64,000 nt of DNA from Rubripirellula sp. (GTDB taxonomy: Bacteria; Planctomycetota; Planctomycetia; Pirellulales; Pirellulaceae), in the NCBI GenBank assembly GCA_965216875.1, contig OZ244207.1, forward strand, positions 8,064,001 through 8,128,000, written 5' to 3'. Positions within the stretch are counted from its first letter, which is position 1; every line of letters begins with the position of its first letter. The notes under the pieces are model-generated. The model searched no databases. It saw only the letters and a program-made list of their open reading frames with translations, and was not told the DNA's origin. Positions 39,418 through 49,579 of the stretch are shown piece after piece. The translations under genes were made by a program, and so were the position numbers.

Positions 39418-41892
39418 ATGATTCGAGCGTTTTCTGTATTCGTCTTTTCGCTTGTCGCGTCTCTTGGCTGGGCGGAATCGATTCGTGTCTTGCCAACCAA
39501 ATTCACGCTGCATGGATCGCATGGTCGCCAGCAGCTTTCGGTTGTCGAGCTCGATGGTGATATGGCGTCATCTGGAATCGATGACGATTCGGTTGAGTGG
39601 GCGTCGAGTGACCCAGGAGTGGTCTCGGTAAGCGATGGTGTCGCCGTCGCCGTTTCGGATGGCGAAGCAACGATTACCGCAACAGACCACTCTGGCAACA
39701 AAGCCTCCGCCAGTGTTCGTGTCGTCATTGGTGACGAGCCACATCGCTGGAGTTTCCGCAACGACGTTCAATCGGTGTTGTCCAAAGTAGGGTGCAACCA
39801 GGGCGCGTGTCATGGTGCCCTTGCGGGTAAGGGTGGTTTTCGTCTGTCGCTTCGCGGCTACGACAGCGAAGCGGATTACGTAACGATCACACGTGAAGCT
39901 CGCGGTCGGCGCATTGAACTTGGGGATCCGGGCCGCAGTCTGTTGATTGCCAAACCGACCGGGGCACTGCCGCACAAAGGTGGGCTCAAGCTTGATGTGA
40001 ATTCTCGCAACTACAGCATCATCGCCGAGTGGATTGCTGAAGGGGCCGCGCCGCCGACCCAAGACGATGCAAAGTTAACTCACATCTCCGTTCTGCCTGA
40101 AAACTCACTCTTGGCAACTAAGGACGCATCACAGATTCTCGTCAACGCACATTATGACGATGGACGCGTGGTGGATGTCACGCATTGGTCGCGTTTTTCG
40201 GCGACCGACGAAGCGGTGGCGAGTGTTGATGAACAAGGCCGCGTTAGCGTTCGCGGTAGCGGCGAAGGTGCTGTGCTGGTTTGGTTTGGCAGCAAGGTCG
40301 CGCTCGCTCGCATGACCGTTCCCTTTTCCAATCAGGTGTCGGAAGAGGTCTACGCAAAGAGCCCACGCCGAAACTTTATCGATGACCTTAACCTCGCTCA
40401 GCTCAAAACACTGAATCTGTTGCCCTCGCCACGTTGTGATGACGAGGCGTTTCTCAGACGTGCAACACTCGACACGATCGGCCGACTGCCGACACCGGAT
40501 GAACGCAGTGCTTACCTTGCCGATTCCGAAACGCAGCGCCGCGATCGGCTGGTCGAACGACTGCTGGCATGCGAAGAATTTGTCGATTACTGGACGTATC
40601 GTTGGTGCGATATGTTGCTAATCAATGGGACACGTTTGCGTCCTGTGGCTGTGAAAACGTATTACCAATGGGTTCATGACAACGTTCGCGAAAACAAGCC
40701 CTGGGATCAATTTGTTCGCGAGATCCTGACGGCGACTGGTGAAAGCAACAAGAACGGTGCAACCAACTTCTATGCGTTGCATCAGAGTCCCGAGGATATG
40801 ACCGAAAACGCCTGTCAAGCGTTCTTGGGATTGTCGATTGGGTGTGCCAAGTGCCACAACCATCCGCTCGAAAAATGGACCAACGACCAGTACTACTCGA
40901 TGGCGAACCTCTTCGCTCGAGTTCGGGCGAAAGGTTGGGGAGGTGACGGACGCAACGGTGACGGCCTGCGCACCGTCTTTGTGTCATCCTCTGGTGATCT
41001 TGTCCAACCGAGTCGCGGCAAACCACAGCCTCCCGCACCGCTCGATTCAAAGCCTTTGGCAATCGATGATCCCGGCGACCGGCGACTTGCATTGGCCGAC
41101 TGGATGACCAACCCCGACAATCCCTATTTTGCTCGAGCCATCACCAACCGCGTTTGGGCCAACTTCTTTGGTCGCGGTCTGGTTGAACAAGTCGATGATC
41201 TTCGCTTGAGCAATCCTGCGTCCTGCGAACCGTTGCTGTCAGCTGCCGCACAGCACGTCGTCGATTCGAAGTTCGATCTCAAGCAACTGATGCGGACGAT
41301 CTTGCAAAGCGAAACCTATCAACGCAGCAGCATCTCCTTGCCCGAAAATCGCGACGAATCAAAATACCTCAGCCGCTACTATCCGCGCCGGTTGATGGCC
41401 GAAGTGTTGCTTGATTCGATCGATCAAGTGCTTGGGACAACGACCAAGTTTGATCAGATCGCCTTTCCCGGTGCCGATTTTCAAAAGACCGAGTTCTACG
41501 AAGAAGGTACGCGAGCGATCGAATTGTACGATTCGTCCGTCCGTTCGTATTTCCTGAAGACCTTCGGCCGCAATCCTCGCGAAATCACTTGTGAATGCGA
41601 ACGCAGTGACCAGCCGAGCATGGTGCAAGTGTTGCACTTAAGCAATGGTGACACGCTGAACCCCAAACTTGCGGCCAAGGACAACTTGCTCGCGCGGCTT
41701 GTCGAAGAGAAACAGGATGACGCTGCGATTGTCGATGCATTGTTCGTTGCGGCACTTGCACGTATGCCCAGTGACGACGAACGAAAGAATATGTTGGAAA
41801 TCATTGCCGAATACGGCGACGATCGAACAACCGCATTGCAAGACGCCGCCTGGAGCGTCTTGACCAGCACTGAATTCACATTCAATCACTGA
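39418..41892 (+). CDS. DUF1549/DUF1553 protein with Ig-like domains
   Basis: GCNQGACHG, FLRRATLD, PWDQFVREIL, CAKCHNHP, NPYFARAITNRVW, PRRLMAEVLLD, FGR..R...CECER. Confidence 0.92.
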   Translation: MIRAFSVFVFSLVASLGWAESIRVLPTKFTLHGSHGRQQLSVVELDGDMASSGIDDDSVEWASSDPGVVSVSDGVAVAVSDGEATITATDHSGNKASASVRVVIGDEPHRWSFRNDVQSVLSKVGCNQGACHGALAGKGGFRLSLRGYDSEADYVTITREARGRRIELGDPGRSLLIAKPTGALPHKGGLKLDVNSRNYSIIAEWIAEGAAPPTQDDAKLTHISVLPENSLLATKDASQILVNAHYDDGRVVDVTHWSRFSATDEAVASVDEQGRVSVRGSGEGAVLVWFGSKVALARMTVPFSNQVSEEVYAKSPRRNFIDDLNLAQLKTLNLLPSPRCDDEAFLRRATLDTIGRLPTPDERSAYLADSETQRRDRLVERLLACEEFVDYWTYRWCDMLLINGTRLRPVAVKTYYQWVHDNVRENKPWDQFVREILTATGESNKNGATNFYALHQSPEDMTENACQAFLGLSIGCAKCHNHPLEKWTNDQYYSMANLFARVRAKGWGGDGRNGDGLRTVFVSSSGDLVQPSRGKPQPPAPLDSKPLAIDDPGDRRLALADWMTNPDNPYFARAITNRVWANFFGRGLVEQVDDLRLSNPASCEPLLSAAAQHVVDSKFDLKQLMRTILQSETYQRSSISLPENRDESKYLSRYYPRRLMAEVLLDSIDQVLGTTTKFDQIAFPGADFQKTEFYEEGTRAIELYDSSVRSYFLKTFGRNPREITCECERSDQPSMVQVLHLSNGDTLNPKLAAKDNLLARLVEEKQDDAAIVDALFVAALARMPSDDERKNMLEIIAEYGDDRTTALQDAAWSVLTSTEFTFNH

Positions 41893-41906
41893 GAAGAAAA
41901 GACCCC

Positions 41907-44654
41907 ATGCGTTTCCTCTTGATCTGCATTGCCTGCTGGTTTGCACCCGTGGTCGCGGTCGCTGCCGAACAGGTCGACTTTCAAAGCGATGTGTTTCCGA
42001 TTCTGCAAAAGTACTGCGTCGGCTGTCATACCGAAGATGATACCGGTGGCGATCTTAATCTTGATAATCATGCCGCCATGATGAGCGGTGGTGAAAACGG
42101 ATTGGCCATCACCGCTGGTGTTCCCGACAGTAGTCGCTTGTTCCTTATGGCGAGCGGCAAGATGGAACCGGTGATGCCACCTGATGGCGAACCCGGCCCG
42201 ACCCAAGATGAACTTGACGTCTTGTCGGCTTGGATCGAACAGGGGGCAAAGGGACCAAGCGGTGACGCGCCAGTGCGCATGAAGCTGCGGACGCCAGAGA
42301 TTCCGGTCCGCGAGGGTGTGTCGACACCGATCACCGCGATGGCTGCGTCGGCCAGCGGAAAGGTGACGGCATTCGCAAGGTTTCGCTCGGTAGAACTTGT
42401 CGATCGAAATGGCGCCGTCCTCAAAACGATTGGCGACCAGCCTGGCAAAGTCAACTCGCTTGAATTCAGTAAAGATGGCAAGCGGTTGCTCGTCGCATCC
42501 GGAGTCACGGGCGCTTACGGCCGCGCTGTCGTCGTGAACGTTGAAAACGGCGAACAGGTTCAAGAGTTCGTGGGGCATCGCGACACACTCTACTCGGCGG
42601 TCTTTTCACCCGATGGAACGCGAGTCGCGACAGCCGGTTACGATCGTGACATTATTCTTTGGGATGTCGATTCCGGCGAAGCCGTTCGTAACTTTGCCGG
42701 ACACAACGGCGCGATCTTCGACTTGGCGTTTTCGCCGGACGGATCGCTGCTGGCCAGCGCTTGTGCAGATGAGACGGTCAAGATTTGGAATGTGGCCGAA
42801 GGGTTACGGCTCGACACATTGAATCAACCCGAAGGCGAAGTTTTTGCGGTCGAGATCACGGCCGATGGCAAGCACGTGATCGCGGCAAGTTCTGACAACC
42901 GGCTCCGTGTCTGGAAGCTCATCTCGACCGACAAGCCGAGGATCAACCCCATCGTTGCAACGCGATTCGTCGATGAATCGGCGCTGGTCGATTTTGCAAT
43001 GACCCAATCTGGCGATGCGGTGGTCGTCTTAAGCCAAAGTGGAAATCTGAAAGTCCTTTCTGCGAGCGACTGGAACCAATACGCAACGCTCGATCCACTT
43101 GGCGAGACGGGCACGGACCTTGTTGTCCTCGATAAGGATCACTCGGTTGCGGTATCGATGATGAATGGCAAGGTTGCACGGCGTGATTTACCGGCGCGCA
43201 CGAGCGATACGGGAAGTCACGTTCGCATCGCCGAGCCGGTCTACCTTGATCTCGATGAGCTCGCCAGTGTCAACGAAGACGATTTGCGCAAGGCATCCGG
43301 CGGAACCGGTTCGGTTGACGTCCCGCGTGGTGTGACAGTTCGCGGCGTGATCGGTGTGCCGGGCGAGGCAGACAAATTCAATTGGACAGCGCGTGCGGGT
43401 GAAATGTGGGCCATCGACGTCGATGCGGTCGACAAAAGTTCGATCGATCCGATCGTGGTCATTTTGGATTCCCAAGGCGCGCCCGTGCTGAAGACGCGTT
43501 TGCAGGCGGTTCGCGATTCCTATTTCACGTTTCGTGGAAAAGACAGCAAGCAGGTGAACGACTTTCGTGTCTTCAACTGGCAAGAGATGAACTTGTCAGA
43601 GTATCTCTATTCGGCCGGCGAAGTCACTCGGCTCTGGTTGCATCCACGCGGTCCCGACTCAGGATTCAATGTTTATCCGGGCGAAGGCCAGCGGTGGACG
43701 TACTTTGGAACCACGCCGACGACGCACGCTTTGGGCGAACCGGCCTACATCGTCCGCGAACTTTCCGACGGCGAGTCGCCAACTGCAAACGGCTTGCCCG
43801 TCTTTGACATCTTCTACGAAAACGATGACGATCCAATGCGTTTGGCGGGTAAGAATAGCCGCCTTCTGTTCAAGGCGCCCAATGACGGAACCTTTACCGT
43901 TTGTGTTTCCGACACGACGGGTGCTGGAAGCGAATCAATGGCATACAAATTGGCGATTCGCCCCGCTGCTCCTGCGTTCAAAGCCAAGATCCAGGCGGCA
44001 AACGGTACGCTCCGCAAAGGTGCTGGCCGCGAGTTTGTTGTACGAGTCGATCGGGTCGATGGCTTTGATGGACCGGTGACATTTGAACTGCCTGATCTTC
44101 CGTCGGGTCTACGGTCCAACGCGCCTGTCACCATTGAAGCGGGCCAACGTTTTGCGGTTGGCATGATCTGGGCCGACGAGAACGCGGTCGAATGGGAAGG
44201 CAAAGTCAAACCCGAAATCGTCGCTCACGCGACCGTTGCGGGGCGGCGAGTTGAACGAAAGGTCGGCGTTGCCGGTGAGTTCACGCTGGGAGACCGACCA
44301 AGCGTGATTCCCTCGATGCAACCGATCGATCATGACGTTGCCGAGAACGAAGAATGGACTCTTCAAGTTCGCCGCGGCGAAACGGTCTCGGCACGTGTCG
44401 TGCTTCGCCGCAAAGAAGGGTTCAACAATGAAGTGAGTTTTGGCAAAGAAGACTCCGGCAGAAACACGTCACAGGGTGTCTACGTCGACAACATTGGGTT
44501 GAATGGTTTGCTGATTCGAGCCAACCAGAATGAACGCGAGTTTTTCTTGACCGCCGATCCGACAACTCTGCCGGGCAAACGCCGGATGCACTTGAAAGCC
44601 AACGTTGATGGTGGTGTGACGACGCATCCGATCACCGTCGAGGTTTTGCCTTAG
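41907..44654 (+). CDS. Planctomycete cytochrome c (PSCyt1) + WD40 + PPC-like protein
   Basis: VDFQSDVFPILQKYCVGCH, MPP, WIEQGA; WD40 repeats GHRDTLYSAVFSPDG, GHNGAIFDLAFSPDG. Confidence 0.9.
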   Translation: MRFLLICIACWFAPVVAVAAEQVDFQSDVFPILQKYCVGCHTEDDTGGDLNLDNHAAMMSGGENGLAITAGVPDSSRLFLMASGKMEPVMPPDGEPGPTQDELDVLSAWIEQGAKGPSGDAPVRMKLRTPEIPVREGVSTPITAMAASASGKVTAFARFRSVELVDRNGAVLKTIGDQPGKVNSLEFSKDGKRLLVASGVTGAYGRAVVVNVENGEQVQEFVGHRDTLYSAVFSPDGTRVATAGYDRDIILWDVDSGEAVRNFAGHNGAIFDLAFSPDGSLLASACADETVKIWNVAEGLRLDTLNQPEGEVFAVEITADGKHVIAASSDNRLRVWKLISTDKPRINPIVATRFVDESALVDFAMTQSGDAVVVLSQSGNLKVLSASDWNQYATLDPLGETGTDLVVLDKDHSVAVSMMNGKVARRDLPARTSDTGSHVRIAEPVYLDLDELASVNEDDLRKASGGTGSVDVPRGVTVRGVIGVPGEADKFNWTARAGEMWAIDVDAVDKSSIDPIVVILDSQGAPVLKTRLQAVRDSYFTFRGKDSKQVNDFRVFNWQEMNLSEYLYSAGEVTRLWLHPRGPDSGFNVYPGEGQRWTYFGTTPTTHALGEPAYIVRELSDGESPTANGLPVFDIFYENDDDPMRLAGKNSRLLFKAPNDGTFTVCVSDTTGAGSESMAYKLAIRPAAPAFKAKIQAANGTLRKGAGREFVVRVDRVDGFDGPVTFELPDLPSGLRSNAPVTIEAGQRFAVGMIWADENAVEWEGKVKPEIVAHATVAGRRVERKVGVAGEFTLGDRPSVIPSMQPIDHDVAENEEWTLQVRRGETVSARVVLRRKEGFNNEVSFGKEDSGRNTSQGVYVDNIGLNGLLIRANQNEREFFLTADPTTLPGKRRMHLKANVDGGVTTHPITVEVLP

Positions 44655-44740
44655 ATCCGATTTCGTCGTTTGCGGGTTGAATGAACAAGAACGCTGGAGC
44701 TGCGACCGCGTTTCGTCCCACCTACCCAAGTTCCAACGCC

Positions 44741-46702
44741 ATGCTGCTCCGCTTCGTTTTTCTCTTGGCAATTGCTGCCACGTTCACCATCGATGCGTCC
44801 ATTGGATGGACCAACGACCGACCCAATTTGATTTGGATCAATGCCGAAGACATGAGCCCGCATCTGGGGTGCTACGGGCATCCCGACGCGGTCACTCCGA
44901 ACATTGACGCGCTCGCGAAACAAGGTGTTGTCTTTGACAACGCTTTTGCGACGGCCCCGATTTGCTCGCCCGCGCGATCCTGTTTGGCGACCGGCCTTTA
45001 TGCGACCAGCTTGGGGACTCAGCACCTGCGTTGTGAGGTGTCGATTCCCGATCGGGTTGTGCCGCTTGCCACCCGCATGCGCGAGCTCGCCTACTTTTGC
45101 ACCAACACGGGCAAGTCGGATTACAACTTTGATCCCACCGGGATTTGGGACGTTTGGAACAACGATCTCGCACCCTGGAAACAACGCGAAAAGGACCAGC
45201 CCTTTTTTGCCTTTATCACGGTCGGCGAGACACATGAAGGCCGAATCAACACCGCCGAAAAGTACTTACAGGCGACAAAGGACTTGCCCAAGTCTTTGCT
45301 GCACGATCCTGCGAAGGTGACGATTCCGCCGTTTTACCCCGACACGCCCGAGATTCGCCGGATCTTTGCAGGCATGCATGACTTGGCGACTGTCTTTGAT
45401 CGCAAGATCGGACGGTTGGTTGCCCAGCTGGAAGCGGACGGAGATCTCGACAACACGATTATCTTCATTTTCGGAGATCACGGAAACGGATTGCCTCGTT
45501 ACAAACGTTGGCTCACCGACTCGGGATTGCGCGTGCCGTTGGTCGTCTATGTACCCGACCAGCACCGATCGCTCGTTCCCGCGACCCTTGGTTCGCACAC
45601 CGAGCGTCTGGTTAGCTTTGTCGATTTTCCGGCAACCGCGATGGCGCTGGCGGGCGCCGACGTGCCGGAGATCTTTCAAGGCATTCCGTTCATGGGTGAG
45701 GCAATCGCGGATCCGCGAGAATACGTGTTTGGGGCTCGTAGCCGAGCCGACGACATGTACGATGTGGCACGGAGCGTGTCGGATGGGCGTTACATCTACA
45801 TACGGCATTTCATGCCGCACTTGCCCTATATGCAAAAGTCGGTGATCAACGGCGATCGCAAGGATGCAACAAAGGAGCTCCGCCGACTTCACCACGCGGG
45901 CAAACTTGAGGGGGCCGCAGCCTTGGTGTGGGCTCCGCGAAAACCTGTCGAAGAGTTCTATGATCTCAAGACCGATCCGAACGAATTGGTGAACCTTGCT
46001 GATTCGCCCGCACACGCTCAGCGCAAAGGCGAGCTTGCGGAACGTCTTCGTGATTGGATTCTCAAGCACCGCGATTCCGGACTGTTGCCCGAAGCGGAAT
46101 ACCATCGCCAAGCACAGCTGACAGACACAACGCCATTCGATGTCGTGCAAGAGGAAGCTCACTTCGACTTGTCCGCAACGTTGGACGCGGCCTGGAACGT
46201 TGGCGACAACGAAGTCGCGATTGGCGAGATCGCCAAAGGTCTCGAACATCAAGAAGTCGGTGTGCGTTATTGGTCGGCAGTTGCGTTGTTGGATCGATTT
46301 CGTACGGAAGAAACGGCTTCATCCTCAGCCTTATCACCATTGCATCAGGCACTCGAAGACGAGAGCCCGAGTGTCCGTATTGCGGCTGCCGAAGCGATCC
46401 TCGAAGTCTCGACCGAAGGCGATTCGCTGACGACCGACGCGTTGGATTGTCTCGGTGAGAGCTTGAAGAGTGAATCACCGACGGTCGCACTGCAAGCGGC
46501 GCGAGCGATCGCACTGCAAGGTGTTCGCGCGAAAGCGTTGGTCCCAACAATGAAGCAGGTCGTTGGCAGCAACCTGTCAGCGCCCGGTTCGAGACGAACC
46601 TACAAAGACTTCAACTACGCTTCGTTCACAGGTTGGGCATTGGAAACGGCATTGACCGAATGCGGCGAGGCCGAGTTTGTGACGCAAATCAACAACAGAT
46701 GA
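44741..46702 (+). CDS. Cys-type sulfatase with C-terminal HEAT repeats
   Basis: PNLIWINAED, CSPARSCLATG, GDHG, VSFVDF, EEFYDL..DPNE. Start at ATG 44741. Confidence 0.92.
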   Translation: MLLRFVFLLAIAATFTIDASIGWTNDRPNLIWINAEDMSPHLGCYGHPDAVTPNIDALAKQGVVFDNAFATAPICSPARSCLATGLYATSLGTQHLRCEVSIPDRVVPLATRMRELAYFCTNTGKSDYNFDPTGIWDVWNNDLAPWKQREKDQPFFAFITVGETHEGRINTAEKYLQATKDLPKSLLHDPAKVTIPPFYPDTPEIRRIFAGMHDLATVFDRKIGRLVAQLEADGDLDNTIIFIFGDHGNGLPRYKRWLTDSGLRVPLVVYVPDQHRSLVPATLGSHTERLVSFVDFPATAMALAGADVPEIFQGIPFMGEAIADPREYVFGARSRADDMYDVARSVSDGRYIYIRHFMPHLPYMQKSVINGDRKDATKELRRLHHAGKLEGAAALVWAPRKPVEEFYDLKTDPNELVNLADSPAHAQRKGELAERLRDWILKHRDSGLLPEAEYHRQAQLTDTTPFDVVQEEAHFDLSATLDAAWNVGDNEVAIGEIAKGLEHQEVGVRYWSAVALLDRFRTEETASSSALSPLHQALEDESPSVRIAAAEAILEVSTEGDSLTTDALDCLGESLKSESPTVALQAARAIALQGVRAKALVPTMKQVVGSNLSAPGSRRTYKDFNYASFTGWALETALTECGEAEFVTQINNR

Positions 46703-46708
46703 GTTGAC

Positions 46709-47068
46709 GCCCTCGTTACCACGCTCCGCGTGATAACGCACTCTTGGAAGCTCCGCGTCCTCTTGGGACCGATTTTGAGAAGATTCCGGCTAAAGCTCGG
46801 TACTACGAACTGCCGGCTAAAAAACACAGGCCTCTCCGGGGCCTCTTGTCCTGAGCCGCACGCGCTAGCGTCGGGCCCCTTCAGAGAGGCATCGGACGAG
46901 TGCGAGGCCCGACGCTAGCGCGTTCGGCTCACGCCCGTAGCTACCTTCGCTAGAAGGTGGTTTCATCCGCGACTGCTTTTTTGCGGTCCAGCTACTAGGC
47001 CGATTGTGAGAAGATTCCGGCTAAAGCCCGGTACTACGAACTGTCGGCTCAAACAACACAGGCTTCTC
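46709..47068. repeat. Mosaic REP-like cluster between convergent genes
   Basis: Same four families as 37561-37780. Includes an inverted pair at 46852-46932 and a ~68-bp direct repeat at 46769 and 47000. Confidence 0.88.
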
Positions 47069-47085
47069 AATCCCCGCCGCCCACA

Positions 47086-47877
47086 TCAGGGCAGCTTTTT
47101 GACTCGGACGTTCTTCCAAACCACCGTGCCCTTGGCACCTTTGTGGATCTGAAGACTGAAAAAGCCGCGCGGGTAACTTCCATCATCAACCCAGTGTGCA
47201 GCCGGCACTCCGTTGACCCAGGTTTGAACGTTGTTGCCATTGGCTTTGATCGTGAGGCGATTCCACTGATCTTTTTTCAGGGCCTTGCGAGCGTCGGCGT
47301 GTTCCTTCAACCAAAGCGGGTAAAAGAAACCACCGCAACTTTGACCATAGATTCCGCCCGACCAACCTCGGTCTTTGGAAAAGCCTTCCATTTCCGCTTG
47401 AGGTCCAAAGACGGTCTCATTGTCTCCGTTCTGACGAACTTGAGCGCGAAACATGACTCCGGAGTTGCCGTCTTCGATCCATTTCATGTCACAGGTGAAT
47501 ACAAAATTGGCGTAGTCCGACTTGGTGGTCGATAGATACGTGCTTGGCGAACCCGGCACACACGTTCCGACGATGCCGTCATCCTTGGCTTCAAACTTGC
47601 AGTCACCTCCGCGTGGTGTCCAGCCTTCAAGGTCCTTGCCGTTGAAGAGCGGTTCGAATCCTTCGGTGAGTTCTGGTTCGGCATCTTGATTGAGCAACAT
47701 CGCTGCTGGATCAGGTGCGTTTTGTTGCTTCTTGTACTTTGCGATCCATTCGTTTTGGCTCGGGTCGAGTTCGCCTGCGACCATTGGGGTGACCAGTAAC
47801 GCGACAAGCAGACTGGCGACGAGGCTGACGCGGGAACGACTCGATTCGACGTTGTGGATGGAGAGATGACGGGGCAT
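47086..47877 (-). CDS. DUF1080 (3-keto-disaccharide hydrolase-like) protein, secreted
   Basis: GFEPLFNGKDLEGW, NSGVMFR, SGGIY, WNRLTI, TWVNG, LQIH, WKNVRVK. Confidence 0.9.
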   Translation of the reverse strand: MPRHLSIHNVESSRSRVSLVASLLVALLVTPMVAGELDPSQNEWIAKYKKQQNAPDPAAMLLNQDAEPELTEGFEPLFNGKDLEGWTPRGGDCKFEAKDDGIVGTCVPGSPSTYLSTTKSDYANFVFTCDMKWIEDGNSGVMFRAQVRQNGDNETVFGPQAEMEGFSKDRGWSGGIYGQSCGGFFYPLWLKEHADARKALKKDQWNRLTIKANGNNVQTWVNGVPAAHWVDDGSYPRGFFSLQIHKGAKGTVVWKNVRVKKLP

Positions 47878-48146
47878 GGTGTGGTTCTTGTGGCAGGTGG
47901 GACGGTGGCGGCAGCACGAACATTCGTTGAATCACACTCTAATGGTTGATTTGATGGATCGGAATGCACTCGGAGAAAAAATCGAAATCGCTTCGAATTG
48001 CTGGCCGTAGGACCCATAAACTCCGCCAACGTCGCCGGGTTGGTCCCATGTGTCATGATTGACGGCGAATTCGACTAAGATGACACCTCCCACCTGCGAC
48101 CATGTGATTTCCCCTCCCACCTTCTCCACCACTGGCAACGTCGCAA

Positions 48147-49553
48147 ATGCAAACCCTAAAAAGACTGTTCCTGGTCCTCTCGGCATGCGCCGCTATTACC
48201 TCGCCTGCGGCCTTCGCAAAGACGGTATCGACATCGGACGAGTTGGTTGCCGCAGTAACCGATGGTCGTCCCGGCGATGTGATCGAGATTTCGGCTGGCA
48301 CTTATCGCCTCGAAAGCTCGCTAAAGCCCAAGCCAGGCATGTCGCTTGTCGGCGCGGGAATGGACCGAACGATCATCACCCACGTCGAAGCTTGGAAGCC
48401 GTCAACGCGCTCGTTGCCCGATCCGGAAATGAAGACCAACGGCCTCGATACAAGTGCCTATGTCATTGAGTTACCGTCCAAGGCCGCGGACGTCACGATT
48501 GCGAACCTCACATTGAAAGGACCGCAATTGCACGGTGCGATCTACGGATGGGGACCCGTCAATCTGCATCTGCACCATCTTCGAATTCAAGACACGTTGT
48601 GGTCTGGCGTTCGCACCTTTTCGATGCGCGGCGCGAAGATACATGACTGCGAGTTTGTCGACGCCGGTGGGCGTTGGAAACGCGGAGGCAAGCCGGGAAT
48701 TGACGGCGGAATCACGGGCGGAGCGATCTTTGCCATTTGGATGAAAGACAGCGAGATCGCCCACAATCGATTCACCCGAACGCAGCCAGACAAACGGGAC
48801 GAGTTTTACGGAATCAAATGTCGCCAAGGAAAACGGAGCCGGATTCACCACAATACGATCGATGTGAATTTCTCAATCGAAATGCCCTTCGAAAATGATG
48901 AGGATGTTGAGATTGATCACAACATTTGCCGAGGCACGATTTCCATTCCAAAGCATGGTGGTGGTCCAGTTCCTGAAAGCGGGCGGACGTTCCATATCCA
49001 CCACAACTACTTCACCCAAAGCTACGCGATCGAGTTTGTTCGCAACGGCGTTGAGATCGATCACAATCTTTTCGATTTCGATGTCGACCGAGACGGCGGC
49101 AATCTGATCTCAGGTTTTGGCAAGGCACCCGCGAAAGGGCCTGCCTTGTTTCACAATAACTTGGTCAAGAATCCAGGACGTGGCGTGCTGTGGATCAATG
49201 AGCCGTACAGCAATCTCGAAATCAGAAACAACCACATCGTGACTCGCACAACGGCGACGCCTCGCAAAGAAGGTTTGTTTGGGTTTCATCGCGAGTGCGA
49301 TTTCGACACGATCACGATCAAGGACAACATTGTCGAGTGCATCGGCTTGAGCCGGCCGTTGCTTCGCACCAAGGAAAGCTACGGCGCGAACGTCTCCGGC
49401 AACCATTTGACCAACGTTGCAGATGCCCAGCGGTTCGATGAGGCGATCGGCAAGACGGACCTGTCAGGGCTTGAGGCTTCGTTGAGTTTTCAATGCGGCG
49501 TTCATGGAGAACTGGTTGTCGATGGCTGGGAAGCTCGGGCCAACGGTGATTGA
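48147..49553 (+). CDS. Secreted right-handed parallel beta-helix protein
   Basis: Signal peptide; PGDVIEISAGTY; repeated I-x-H/N-N motifs (IAHNRF, IHHNTI, IDHNIC, IHHNYF, FHNNLV). Confidence 0.8.
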   Translation: MQTLKRLFLVLSACAAITSPAAFAKTVSTSDELVAAVTDGRPGDVIEISAGTYRLESSLKPKPGMSLVGAGMDRTIITHVEAWKPSTRSLPDPEMKTNGLDTSAYVIELPSKAADVTIANLTLKGPQLHGAIYGWGPVNLHLHHLRIQDTLWSGVRTFSMRGAKIHDCEFVDAGGRWKRGGKPGIDGGITGGAIFAIWMKDSEIAHNRFTRTQPDKRDEFYGIKCRQGKRSRIHHNTIDVNFSIEMPFENDEDVEIDHNICRGTISIPKHGGGPVPESGRTFHIHHNYFTQSYAIEFVRNGVEIDHNLFDFDVDRDGGNLISGFGKAPAKGPALFHNNLVKNPGRGVLWINEPYSNLEIRNNHIVTRTTATPRKEGLFGFHRECDFDTITIKDNIVECIGLSRPLLRTKESYGANVSGNHLTNVADAQRFDEAIGKTDLSGLEASLSFQCGVHGELVVDGWEARANGD

Positions 49554-49579
49554 CTGGATGGTCCGTGCAAGCACACACT

